A DNA stretch of 64,000 nt from an uncultured Clostridia bacterium. Lineage in GTDB: Bacteria; Bacillota; Clostridia; TANB77; UBA1234. Made by a program: the position numbers and the translations under genes. The DNA lies in NCBI GenBank assembly GCA_944393265.1, contig CALXZO010000001.1, forward strand, positions 31,158 through 95,157, read 5' to 3'. Shown here in pieces: positions 19,488 through 29,305 of the stretch (position 1 is the first letter of the stretch; each line of letters starts with the position of its first letter). Under the pieces are notes generated by a model that made no database searches, was not told where the DNA came from, and worked only from the letters and a program-made list of their open reading frames with translations.

Positions 19488-19586
19488 ATGGGTGATTGTA
19501 ATAATTGTGTAAGTAATGAAAATTGTTGCTGTAGCAGTAAATTTTTATTTTTCATTTTAATATACTTAATTCTTTTTCTAAGATAG
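19488..19586 (+). CDS. Small 32-aa Cys-rich peptide with a hydrophobic C-terminus (MGDCNNCVSNENCCCSSKFLFFILIYLILFLR), possibly a sporulation peptide; not in the ORF track
   Basis: RBS aaggaggagg 7 nt upstream; a sigma-E-like -10 (CATACAAT) at ~19451; a terminator downstream. Confidence 0.6.
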   Translation: MGDCNNCVSNENCCCSSKFLFFILIYLILFLR

Positions 19587-19603
19587 CGAAGAAATTTTAA
19601 AGG

Positions 19604-19657
19604 TTAAAGCGTTTCTAAAAACGGAATAGTAGCATTCCAAATTTAGAAACGCTTTAA
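19604..19657. terminator. Bidirectional terminator between convergent genes
   Basis: 16-bp perfect inverted repeat ttaaagcgtttctaaa / tttagaaacgctttaa. Confidence 0.7.
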
Positions 19658-19667
19658 TTTTATATTT

Positions 19668-21050
19668 TTAAGTACAATAAGCATTATTAGTTACATTATT
19701 TGAAGCTTTTGTATTTACAGCTGTTTCATTTTTGAAATTAGGAATCATAGTGATAGTTTGTGTGAAATACGTAGGACTTTTTGTTGTATATAACGTCGCC
19801 GAAGGCATTGTATCAATAATACTCTTGACTTCCCATAATCCTATTCCAGACTTTATCTTTTTACTAGAATACCCCTTTTTATATATTGAATTTATATCAA
19901 CATCTTTGTTTGAATACGAATTTTTTATAGTTAATAGTTGACAATTATTATCTTTTATTTCCATGCTCAGATAAATTTCTTTTTCGACAGAGTTTCTTGC
20001 GTTTTCGATGGCGTTGTCTAATAGAATTCCAAGTACTCTTGAAAATTCATAAGTAGGCATATTTATTTTTGTATAGTCGAAAGTTGAATAAAAATTAAAT
20101 TTAATATTGTCGGATTGAGCAACTTTAAATTTAGTAGCTATTATGCCAAAAATCGAAGGGTTATTAATTGATTCTAAGTTTATTGATTGTAAGGTATTTA
20201 GATCATTTAATTCTTTAGATACTTTTTGGAAGAACTTTTTTAACCCATTAATATCATTTAATGTAATATATCCACTTATAGCAGCCATAGTATTAATGTA
20301 ATCATGTTTAAATATTTTTATTTTATCGATGGATGTCTGTAATCTTTCATTATCTAATCCGACACATTTTAGCTGAGATTCATTAAGAAAAATAATTTTA
20401 AAATTACTTAAAGTAATATAAGAAAAAGTTAAAAATAATATTTTTGTAAATATTATATACCCTAGAAAACTTTCGGAAGCAGAATTATTTAGATATGTTA
20501 AAGTTGTAGTAGGAGTAGCTGCAAAAAATAAACAAAGTAGCATGAATGGTACAAAACTGTAGAGTGATGAGATGGAAAGTTCGTTTATATTTAAAGAGTG
20601 AGTGAATCTTAGAATTCTATATATTGAAGGCGTTAGCACCATACAAAATATTGTTTGCACTGTTAATGCAACAATTGAGGATAAATAGGCGTCAAACGAC
20701 ACTACAGCAAGATTGCAAGCAACACACGAAAGTAGAGATAATAAGTCCAATATTATAAAGAACGCGCTACTTAATGTAGTAAAGCACATGGTTTGAGAAA
20801 AGCTCAACTTAAAGATGAGTTTTGCATGTAGAAATAATAGTATTAAATTAATTGTTGTGATACAATTAAAATGAAAAATGACTAACAGATAGTTTAGTGC
20901 TGTTGCTATTGTTGCTGCGATTACCTGAAAAAGTAGATTATACCTTCTTCTATAATTGCCTTGACTAATAGACAATAGTATTAATCCAAAACAATAGAAT
21001 TGTAAAAATGAATTTGTAAAAAAGACTAAAACATAAGAAACATCACTCAT
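19668..21050 (-). CDS. AgrC/VirS-like membrane sensor histidine kinase (GHKL domain)
   Basis: Several N-terminal TM segments, H-box IFKHDYIN, N-box ILLDNAIENA and G-box YSSKKIKSGIGL. Start after RBS gaggtg. Confidence 0.88.
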   Translation of the reverse strand: MSDVSYVLVFFTNSFLQFYCFGLILLSISQGNYRRRYNLLFQVIAATIATALNYLLVIFHFNCITTINLILLFLHAKLIFKLSFSQTMCFTTLSSAFFIILDLLSLLSCVACNLAVVSFDAYLSSIVALTVQTIFCMVLTPSIYRILRFTHSLNINELSISSLYSFVPFMLLCLFFAATPTTTLTYLNNSASESFLGYIIFTKILFLTFSYITLSNFKIIFLNESQLKCVGLDNERLQTSIDKIKIFKHDYINTMAAISGYITLNDINGLKKFFQKVSKELNDLNTLQSINLESINNPSIFGIIATKFKVAQSDNIKFNFYSTFDYTKINMPTYEFSRVLGILLDNAIENARNSVEKEIYLSMEIKDNNCQLLTIKNSYSNKDVDINSIYKKGYSSKKIKSGIGLWEVKSIIDTMPSATLYTTKSPTYFTQTITMIPNFKNETAVNTKASNNVTNNAYCT

Positions 21051-21158
21051 AAATTTCACCTCAAAATGTAATATATAAGTGCGCGACACTCATATAATAT
21101 ATTGACTGGAAAGAAATGTCAAGGGTTAGAAACGAGTGATGTAATAATTGGGGGGAGT

Positions 21159-22085
21159 ATGATGAAATATTTTTGTTATGTAATATGTATAATTTCATTA
21201 CTTTCATTTGTTTCGTGTGGACGACAAGAGACAAATACACAAAATCTTGTAATATCTAGCAATACCATAAGTGGTGATAAAGCTAACAATGTGAAAGACG
21301 AAAATGAGCAGGAAAGTGGTGAAGTCATAAGCGGGGACCTATCTGGAGAATCACTTGAGGTTGAAATGAAACCCGTTGTAAATACTTCGTTAAGTAATAC
21401 AACATATGCATGGGGATTTAGAAGAATGAAAGATGGAGTACAACCAGAATTTTCTTCAAATTATATAAAACCTTTAGATGATTATGAAGGAATATATGTT
21501 GGAAATAAAGAACAACAAATCATATATTTAACATTTGATGAGGGATACGAAAATGGATATACAGATGATATCTTAGACACATTAAAAGAAAAAGACGTAT
21601 CAGCAGCATTTTTTGTTACAATGCCATATGTAAAACAAAATCCTGAATTAATAAAAAGAATGATAGACGAAGGCCACATTGTAGGCAATCATACAGTTAA
21701 TCATCCTAGTATGCCTTCAATCACTGATGATGAAAAATTAAAAAAAGAAATTATGGAATTACATAATTATATGATTGAAAACTTTGATTATGAAATGACA
21801 TATTTACGTCCTCCTAAAGGAGAATTTAGTGAGCGAACAGTCAAGATAAGTCGTGATCTTGGATATAGTACTGTATTGTGGAGTTCAGCATATGATGACT
21901 GGGATGTTAACAATCAAAAAGGACATGAATATGCGAAGAAGATGATTTTGAATTATGCACATAACGGATGTGTGATGCTACTTCATGCAGTGTCTAAAGA
22001 TAATACAGAAGTGCTAGGCGAAATTATTGATACGTTGAGGGATAGAGGTTATGAGTTTTGCTCATTAGACGAGTTTGAAAGGTAG
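21159..22085 (+). CDS. Polysaccharide deacetylase (PdaA-like muramic delta-lactam de-N-acetylase), probable lipoprotein
   Basis: YLTFDEGYENG, GNHTVNHPSM, RPPKGEFSE and LLHAVS motifs; N-terminal lipobox-like FVSC. Confidence 0.88.
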   Translation: MMKYFCYVICIISLLSFVSCGRQETNTQNLVISSNTISGDKANNVKDENEQESGEVISGDLSGESLEVEMKPVVNTSLSNTTYAWGFRRMKDGVQPEFSSNYIKPLDDYEGIYVGNKEQQIIYLTFDEGYENGYTDDILDTLKEKDVSAAFFVTMPYVKQNPELIKRMIDEGHIVGNHTVNHPSMPSITDDEKLKKEIMELHNYMIENFDYEMTYLRPPKGEFSERTVKISRDLGYSTVLWSSAYDDWDVNNQKGHEYAKKMILNYAHNGCVMLLHAVSKDNTEVLGEIIDTLRDRGYEFCSLDEFER

Positions 22086-22090
22086 GATAT

Positions 22091-22354
22091 ATGGAAAAAG
22101 GAGAATTGAAAGGAAAGATTCTGAAGGCTCTTGAAATGCCGGCAGAACTTCTAAATAATTGCCCGAGAATGACAAGTGTAGGAAATGAATCTGTTTTTAT
22201 AGAAAATTATAAAGCAATAATTGAATATGATAAGAATGTGATAAGAATAAGTAATAATATTTCAATATTTGGAGAGAATTTAAACGTTGCAGAGATTACA
22301 ACTGATGGAATACTAATAAGTGGAAAAATTAAGGCAATTGAGTTTGAAAGTTAG
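22091..22354 (+). CDS. yqfC: YabP/YqfC family sporulation protein
   Basis: FIENYKAIIEY motif; immediately upstream of yqfD. Confidence 0.85.
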   Translation: MEKGELKGKILKALEMPAELLNNCPRMTSVGNESVFIENYKAIIEYDKNVIRISNNISIFGENLNVAEITTDGILISGKIKAIEFES

Positions 22355-22365
22355 GAGGAAAAAAG

Positions 22366-23550
22366 TTGTTTCTTCGCAATACATATAATTATACAATGGG
22401 ATATGTTGAAGTACAGGTTGAGGGGTATTTTGTAGAACGTTTTATTAATTTATGTATGAATAGAAATATTGAAATATGGGATATAAAAAGAAAACATGAT
22501 GGGATAATTGAATTTAAAATAAGAAATTGTGATATGAATAAGATAAATAAAATAGCCGAGGTTACACGTTCTAATATTTCAATCGTAAATGAAGTTGGAA
22601 TTCCTCACTTGGCTAAAAAGTATAAGAAAAGAAGAATCTTTTTTATAGTTTTCTTTTGTGCTATTTTGGGAATTTATTTACTTAGTCTTAGAATATGGAA
22701 AATTGAAATAGTGGGAGACTTTTCAATTCCAATAAACGAGATAAGAGAGGAACTAATTCAAGAGGATTTTAAAATAGGCGTTGCTAAGAAAAATTTAGAT
22801 TTTGACAAAATAAAGAGGAATATTTATATTAGAAGAAATGATATACTTTGGATGGGATTTGAAATAAAAGGCACAAAAGCAATAGTTGAGGTTACTGAGA
22901 GAAAGTTGCCAAATGTAGATGAATTAGATGGCGTGCCTTGTAATATTGTATCAGATAAAGATGGTGTTGTTGAAAAAATATTAGTTCGTGTAGGAAATAA
23001 AATGGTTGAAAAAGGAGACGTCGTTTTTAAGGGAGATATACTTGTGAGCGGTGTAATTTCTGGCGAGAAAATAGATGATAGTTATGTTTCTTCTGATGCG
23101 GAAATTTGGCTTAAGACATGGTATACAGGAAAAGTAAGTATTCCATATGAAAAGGATATAATAACTAAAACAGGAAAGATAGAAAATAAATACAAAATTA
23201 AACTTGGAAATTATATAATAAATTTATCAAATAATGATACAAATTTTGAAAAGTATGATAAAATAACTAATATTAAAAAACTTACTTTATTTGGAAAGTA
23301 TGAGTTGCCGATAGAACTTGTAACTACGTCATATGAAGAATACAATATAGAAGAAATAAAAATTACAAAGGAACAAGCAATAGCTAAGGCAAAAGAAGAA
23401 GCGACGGTGATTGCAAAAAGTACTATGACAGCGAATGCTGATATAATTGATTGTGATTATAAAATGTTTCTTACAGAAACTACTGTTATTGTTAGAGCTA
23501 CGATTGAATGTCTTGAAGCAGTTGGTGTGAAGGAACGAATTGTATATTGA
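22366..23550 (+). CDS. yqfD: Sporulation protein YqfD (stage IV)
   Basis: GYVEVQVEGYFVERFINLC, CNIVSDKDGVV and KGDILVSG motifs. Confidence 0.9.
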   Translation: MFLRNTYNYTMGYVEVQVEGYFVERFINLCMNRNIEIWDIKRKHDGIIEFKIRNCDMNKINKIAEVTRSNISIVNEVGIPHLAKKYKKRRIFFIVFFCAILGIYLLSLRIWKIEIVGDFSIPINEIREELIQEDFKIGVAKKNLDFDKIKRNIYIRRNDILWMGFEIKGTKAIVEVTERKLPNVDELDGVPCNIVSDKDGVVEKILVRVGNKMVEKGDVVFKGDILVSGVISGEKIDDSYVSSDAEIWLKTWYTGKVSIPYEKDIITKTGKIENKYKIKLGNYIINLSNNDTNFEKYDKITNIKKLTLFGKYELPIELVTTSYEEYNIEEIKITKEQAIAKAKEEATVIAKSTMTANADIIDCDYKMFLTETTVIVRATIECLEAVGVKERIVY

Positions 23551-23571
23551 GGAAAGCAAGGGAGGAATAAA

Positions 23572-24780
23572 ATGGCGGAATTACAATTAAAAGTAGTTAA
23601 AAATACGAACGATGGTATATGGGGAAAGGCGTTAAATAATTTTAATAAAGTCTTATATTCTTCTGGTGGCGGACTGTTTAATATTGTTATAAATTCAAAA
23701 AGAAATTCATTACTTAGAGCACATCAAAACTATGAGAATATTGTAAAAATGGCAAAAGAAAATAAAAGAAAAGCTGTTGCAGATAAATATGAAAAGTCAT
23801 ATGAAAATTATCTAGATATTTTGGAAAGATATATAAAGGAAACGGTGTATACACGAGTACAAAAAAAGATTAGTACATTAAAAGAAAATAGGCTTTTGTC
23901 AAACTACTATGAAGTTAATGCGTTGAAAGGTACAGACTATTGTGAGTACAAATACAGAATACAGATTTTATTGCTTGGTATGGATTGGGAATATGTGTTA
24001 GCATCTAAATCTGAAAATTTTGTAGAAAAATATAAAAAGTTTTATGTTAATGTTATAGATCAGTTATATAGAAGTACCATGCGTCATTATTCGATTAAGC
24101 TTACGAATAAGAAAGAGCCACAAGATGGTATATATAAGGGGATGTATGATACAGTCGAAGCTTATATAAAGGAAGTTTTGCCATATGCGGAGCAATCTGA
24201 CGAATGTAAGAAGATCATAGAAAGTTATAAAAGCTATGTAGAAAAGATTGATATGTATGTAAAAAAAGAAATAAATTCTGTGAAAAGAGAATTGTATTTG
24301 ATAGAATTAGGTATGAATATTTTTGAGTACTCACTTCCAATATTAGCTGCAGAAGAATGTTATTTAGACATTATAGAAAAGACAAGGCTTGGAATAATAA
24401 ACACATATATTGTAGCTGATAAGTTTGAATTATACACTATACTAGTGGATGCTATTGAAAGCTACTGTTACAATATTTTGGCTAGAAAAACAATTTGGGA
24501 CAAGCCGATGGAAAAAGAAGAGTTTGATAAGTTCTGGGATAAATTTATGGAGTATAAAAAACTAGAGAGAATAGATTTTCATGAGTATAAACGTTTAAGA
24601 GAAGTATTATTTATTAAAGCTGATATACGAAAGATAAAGGCGACAAATAAAAATTATAAAGAATTGTTAGCATATTATCGTGAAAGAATGAAGCAACAAG
24701 GCGGACTTAGAAAGTTTAAGTCTACTATGGGTCATATGGATGGAGTATGGAGAACACGAAGAAGATGCCAAGCATCGTAG
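23572..24780 (+). CDS. Hypothetical alpha-helical protein (402 aa)
   Basis: Long ORF with a strong RBS; I recognise no family. Confidence 0.75.
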   Translation: MAELQLKVVKNTNDGIWGKALNNFNKVLYSSGGGLFNIVINSKRNSLLRAHQNYENIVKMAKENKRKAVADKYEKSYENYLDILERYIKETVYTRVQKKISTLKENRLLSNYYEVNALKGTDYCEYKYRIQILLLGMDWEYVLASKSENFVEKYKKFYVNVIDQLYRSTMRHYSIKLTNKKEPQDGIYKGMYDTVEAYIKEVLPYAEQSDECKKIIESYKSYVEKIDMYVKKEINSVKRELYLIELGMNIFEYSLPILAAEECYLDIIEKTRLGIINTYIVADKFELYTILVDAIESYCYNILARKTIWDKPMEKEEFDKFWDKFMEYKKLERIDFHEYKRLREVLFIKADIRKIKATNKNYKELLAYYRERMKQQGGLRKFKSTMGHMDGVWRTRRRCQAS

Positions 24781-24796
24781 ATATGGGAGAAATATA

Positions 24797-25258
24797 ATGA
24801 TAGAAATATATTATGATGGAATTGAAAAGCTTAACGATGAAGAATTAATAAATAAAGTTGTAGATACAGTCCTAGAAACAGAGAAAATAAAGGCAAAATT
24901 AGATGTGTCTATTACTTTTACTAGTAACAATAAAATTAAAAAAATAAATAATAAATATAGAAATATCGATAAGGAAACGGATGTGCTTTCTTTTCCAATG
25001 TTTGAAAGGGAGGAGATTGAAAAACTAAAAGAGGAAAGTGGCATTCAAGATATTTTGGGAGACATTATCATTTCAGTTGAAAAAGTACAAGCTCAAGCAA
25101 AAGAATATGGGCATTCTTTTAAGAGAGAACTTGCATATTTAATAACACATGGGATGCTTCATCTTTTGGGATATGACCACATGATTGAAAAAGAAAAGGC
25201 AGAAATGAGAAAAAAAGAGGAAGAAATATTGGGAGTGCTAGATATTAAAAGAGAGTAA
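24797..25258 (+). CDS. ybeY: rRNA maturation RNase YbeY
   Basis: RNIDKETDVLSFP, LGDIIIS and HGMLHLLGYDH motifs. Confidence 0.96.
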   Translation: MIEIYYDGIEKLNDEELINKVVDTVLETEKIKAKLDVSITFTSNNKIKKINNKYRNIDKETDVLSFPMFEREEIEKLKEESGIQDILGDIIISVEKVQAQAKEYGHSFKRELAYLITHGMLHLLGYDHMIEKEKAEMRKKEEEILGVLDIKRE

Positions 25259-25284
25259 TTGAGTTTATGGGGGTTTGATTTTTA

Positions 25285-26358
25285 ATGGATAAAAAAGCAG
25301 TGGGAAAGATATTGGCAGTTTTACTTTTTGTTTCACTTATGTGTGTGGGAGTTGTGATTGGAGTAAAAACTGCGAAAAACAATAAAAAAGTCGCAAGCGA
25401 TAATATTTCTTTAATCAATAGCGGAGATACAATTGAAAGTGGCGATACAATAAGTGGGGAAAACGACACTGAAGTTTATTTGGGTCCAAATATTTTTTCT
25501 GGAGATTCAAGACCGATAGCTGTTATGATAGATAATGAAAAACCGGCTTGGGTAAACCATGGTGGACTTAATTCAGCGTATATGTTGTATGAATTTATTA
25601 TTGAAGGTGGAGAAACTAGGATAATGGCATTTTTCAAAAATGTCAATCCTGGATATATTGGGCCGGTTAGAAGTGCTAGACATTATTTTTTAGATTATGC
25701 TATGGAGCATGATGCAGTATTTGTTCATTTTGGCTGGAGTCCGCTTGCGCAATCTAATATTAAAACACTTGGAATAAATAATGTAAACGGAATTTATGAT
25801 ACTTTTTATTGGAGGGTGCCACCTAAGAACTCATACCATAATGCGATAACAAGCATGGAAAATATAAAGGCGCAAATGACTAGAAAAGGATACCGTGATA
25901 CTTCTGATTCGGAATGTATTGTAAAGTATAATAGATATGATACTGATATAGAATCTGGTGAAGTCGCTAACAATATATCTATAATATATTCGGCACTTCA
26001 AAATGTTTCTTATGCATATGATGATACGGAAAAAGTTTATTATAGGAGTATGCGTGGACAAGAACATAGAGACTCACAAACGAATGAACAATTTTATGCA
26101 AAGAATATTATTATGATTTTTGTTAAAGACGAACTATTAGACGATCCAGAAGATAAAGGAAGACGAAATTTGTATAATATAGGAGACGGTGAGGGGTATT
26201 ATGCAACAAATGGAAAAATTGAGAAGATTACATGGGAGAAGACAGCCCGTGATGCAAGAACGATATATTATGATGCAAATGGAAATGAGATAATGCTTAA
26301 TGATGGAATTACATGGGTACAGATAGTTCCTGTAACAGGTAGTATTAAGTATGAATAA
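25285..26358 (+). CDS. DUF3048 domain protein (YerB-like), membrane-anchored
   Basis: RPIAVMIDN, EGGETR and GPVRSAR motifs. Confidence 0.88.
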   Translation: MDKKAVGKILAVLLFVSLMCVGVVIGVKTAKNNKKVASDNISLINSGDTIESGDTISGENDTEVYLGPNIFSGDSRPIAVMIDNEKPAWVNHGGLNSAYMLYEFIIEGGETRIMAFFKNVNPGYIGPVRSARHYFLDYAMEHDAVFVHFGWSPLAQSNIKTLGINNVNGIYDTFYWRVPPKNSYHNAITSMENIKAQMTRKGYRDTSDSECIVKYNRYDTDIESGEVANNISIIYSALQNVSYAYDDTEKVYYRSMRGQEHRDSQTNEQFYAKNIIMIFVKDELLDDPEDKGRRNLYNIGDGEGYYATNGKIEKITWEKTARDARTIYYDANGNEIMLNDGITWVQIVPVTGSIKYE

Positions 26359-26377
26359 TATATGTGGAGTTGATGTA

Positions 26378-26773
26378 ATGAATAATGAGTTAATTGATAT
26401 GGCATTTCAGGCTAAGAAAAATGCAATTTCGCCGACGGGGTATTATTGTGGTGCAGCCCTTTTGACGGAGAATGGTAATATTTATACCGGCTGTAATTTG
26501 GGAAGCAAAGATGGAATTTTTAATATATGTGCAGAGCAAGTCGCAATTTCAAAGATGTTATCTAACGGAGAAAAAAAATTTAGTAAGATAGCAGTGGCCG
26601 GCGGAATAGGAGACGAATTAATATATACAACGCCTTGTGGTATTTGTAGACAGCTTATATCTTCTTTTGGCAATGATATTGAAATTATATGTGCATACAA
26701 AGAGGATGGAGAAGTAAAAGAAAAAATTTTTAAAATAAAAGATTTATTACCAGAAGTTTTTTCAACGAATTAA
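26378..26773 (+). CDS. cdd: Cytidine deaminase
   Basis: CAEQ and PCGICRQ zinc motifs; upstream of era. Confidence 0.88.
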   Translation: MNNELIDMAFQAKKNAISPTGYYCGAALLTENGNIYTGCNLGSKDGIFNICAEQVAISKMLSNGEKKFSKIAVAGGIGDELIYTTPCGICRQLISSFGNDIEIICAYKEDGEVKEKIFKIKDLLPEVFSTN

Positions 26774-26784
26774 GGAGGAGTAAT

Positions 26785-27669
26785 ATGTTTAAATCAGGCT
26801 TTGTAGCAATAGTAGGAAGACCAAATGTAGGAAAATCTACATTAATTAATGCGATTAGTGGACAAAAAATAGCTATAGTTTCGAACAAACCACAAACAAC
26901 GAGAACTGCGATTAAAGGAATAATAAACCGTGAAAATGCACAAATTATATTTACAGATACGCCAGGCATTCATAAGCCACAGAATAAACTTGGTGAAAAA
27001 ATGGAAGAAACAATTAATGAAGCTGTAAATGAAGTAGACATCATACTGTATCTTATAGAAGCCACAGATAAAGGCATTGGACTTGCAAACGAGTATATTT
27101 TAAATAAGGTAAAAGAACATAAAGTGAAGACAATATTAGTAATTAATAAGGTAGATGCTATAAAGAAGGAAAGTATTTTAGAATTAATAAAGCTATATAG
27201 TGAGAGACATGACTTTGAAGCTATAATACCTATATCAGCACTAAATAATGATGGAATCGATATATTGCTAGACAAAGTTATTGAGTTACTTCCAGAGGGA
27301 CCGGCATATTATGACACTACTGAATGGACGGATCAAACAGAAAAGCAAATTATTGAAGAAACAGTCAGAGAGAAAGCTCTTAGAACCCTTGATGACGAAG
27401 TGCCTCATGGAATTGCGGTTGAGGTTGTTTCAATGAAGAAGAGAGAAAATAGAGAATTATATGATATTGATGTAACAATATATTGTGAAAAGAAGACGCA
27501 TAAAGGAATCATAATTGGAAAAGATGGAGCGATGCTTAAGAATATTGGTGAAAAAGCAAGAAAAGATATAGAAGAAATGCTAGGCTGCAAAGTTAACTTG
27601 CAACTCTGGGTTAAAGTGAAAGAAGACTGGCGAGATAATGAAAATAAGCTTAGGCAGATTTTTCATTAA
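26785..27669 (+). CDS. era: GTPase Era
   Basis: GRPNVGKST, DTPG and NKVD motifs; KH domain with IIIGKDG. Confidence 0.97.
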   Translation: MFKSGFVAIVGRPNVGKSTLINAISGQKIAIVSNKPQTTRTAIKGIINRENAQIIFTDTPGIHKPQNKLGEKMEETINEAVNEVDIILYLIEATDKGIGLANEYILNKVKEHKVKTILVINKVDAIKKESILELIKLYSERHDFEAIIPISALNNDGIDILLDKVIELLPEGPAYYDTTEWTDQTEKQIIEETVREKALRTLDDEVPHGIAVEVVSMKKRENRELYDIDVTIYCEKKTHKGIIIGKDGAMLKNIGEKARKDIEEMLGCKVNLQLWVKVKEDWRDNENKLRQIFH

Positions 27670-27702
27670 AAATGTATCTATCAAAATGAAGGAGGAGATG
27701 GT

Positions 27703-27861
27703 ATGAGCAAAGATTTTGCCTGGGAACTTTTCAAAAACACTGGTAATGTAGATGCATTTATGATTATGCGAAATATTGAAAGCGATTTGGATTATAAGCA
27801 AGATGAAAAAAAGGAAGAGAGCAATGTGTCGGGTGATATAGATGGGAGTATTAAGAATTAA
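27703..27861 (+). CDS. YqzL-like small protein (52 aa); not in the ORF track
   Basis: MSKDFAWELFKNTGNVDAFM motif, RBS ggagga, between era and recO. Confidence 0.8.
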   Translation: MSKDFAWELFKNTGNVDAFMIMRNIESDLDYKQDEKKEESNVSGDIDGSIKN

Positions 27862-28576
27862 GGGAATTGTTATAAAGATAGCGAATTCTTCCGAGAATGA
27901 CAAGATGCTAACAGTTTTGACTGCAGAAAAGGGGAAAATAAGAGTTTTTTGTAAAGGCGCTAAGAAAACAAAGGGCGCCTTTTTGGCTAGTACGGAATTT
28001 TTAGCATATAGTGATATGGTACTTTTCGAAGGAAATGGTGAACTGTATAATTTAAATTCTGCTGAACCAATAAATGTTTTTTACAATTTAAGAATGGATA
28101 TAGAGAAACTTGCATATGCTTCGACAATTGCTCAAATTATAAATGATGTTTGTCAGGAGGAAGAGGAATCATATGGTAGATTGCAGTTGTTACTAAACAC
28201 TCTATATGTTATGTCTGAAACGGATAAAAATTTAACTTTTGTGTATTCTGTTTTCAGAATAAGGTTTTTAGCGATTTCAGGATATATTCCAAAACTAGAT
28301 AAATGTGTATGTTGCGGTAAAACAGTTTCTGAAAATGCAGATGTATTTTTTAGTATAAAAGATAATGGTATTAAGTGCCTTGAATGTAAGAGGCAGGATA
28401 AAGCAGCAATAAAAATTTCATATACTACATACATAAGTCTTGTATATATATTATCTTCAAATGCTAAGAAGATATTTTCATTTAATGTGCCAGAAAAAAT
28501 CATTTCTGAGCTTAATCTACTTGCTACAGTTTATACTAATGAAAAATTAGAAAAAGAATACATTATATTGATATAA
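27842..28576 (+). CDS. recO: DNA repair protein RecO
   Basis: SENDKMLTVLTAEKGKI and the zinc finger CVCCG...CLEC; era-recO synteny. Confidence 0.93.
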   Translation: MGVLRIKGIVIKIANSSENDKMLTVLTAEKGKIRVFCKGAKKTKGAFLASTEFLAYSDMVLFEGNGELYNLNSAEPINVFYNLRMDIEKLAYASTIAQIINDVCQEEEESYGRLQLLLNTLYVMSETDKNLTFVYSVFRIRFLAISGYIPKLDKCVCCGKTVSENADVFFSIKDNGIKCLECKRQDKAAIKISYTTYISLVYILSSNAKKIFSFNVPEKIISELNLLATVYTNEKLEKEYIILI

Positions 28577-28640
28577 TTAGGTTGACTTGGAAAAAAAAAC
28601 AAGTAAAATATAATTGAGAGATTGGAAAGGAGAAGAACAA

Positions 28641-29234
28641 ATGAAAAAATTGTTATTAATCTTAGTATCTTTGAGTATCGTAATGAGCTCGGTAGTGCTA
28701 GCTAGTAGTTTTAGTGATTTGAACGTAGATCATTGGGCGTATGAGAACATAATGGAACTAACAAAAAGAAAAGTTATAAATGGATATCCAGATGGAACTT
28801 TTAGGCCTTCAAATTCTGTTACATATGGTGAATTTATAAAGCTTACGATATGTGCGTATGTACCAGAAGACAAGATAATTAATTTTGAGGGAAGTCATTG
28901 GGCAGAAAAGTATGTGAATACAGCAGAATTTTATGAAATGCTTCCAACTAAGTCTATAAGAGTAGAACAATTAGATGAGTATATTACACGCTCAGAAATG
29001 GTAAAGTTCTTAATGACAATAGATAGATGGATCTATAGTTATGATTTTGAAATTGTTGAAATGCCATTTACAGATATAGATGATTTGCCAAATGAGTATA
29101 TTGAATATATAAGTGCTGCCTATAAGAAAGGATATATAATAGGAAAACCAGGTGGCATGTTTGATGGTTCGGAGAATTTGTCAAGGGCTGAAATGGTTAC
29201 AATACTATCAAGGATTGAAGGAAATAATGGTTAG
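28641..29234 (+). CDS. S-layer homology (SLH) domain protein
   Basis: Signal peptide, FSDL...HWAY...INGYPDGTFRPSNSVT, ITRSEM and LSRAEMVTIL motifs. Confidence 0.9.
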   Translation: MKKLLLILVSLSIVMSSVVLASSFSDLNVDHWAYENIMELTKRKVINGYPDGTFRPSNSVTYGEFIKLTICAYVPEDKIINFEGSHWAEKYVNTAEFYEMLPTKSIRVEQLDEYITRSEMVKFLMTIDRWIYSYDFEIVEMPFTDIDDLPNEYIEYISAAYKKGYIIGKPGGMFDGSENLSRAEMVTILSRIEGNNG

Positions 29235-29305
29235 TGCTAGGCGTAAAGAATAAGAAAAACTAGTATACTATTGATAAATACCATAATAAAAGGAGGAACA
29301 AGCAA

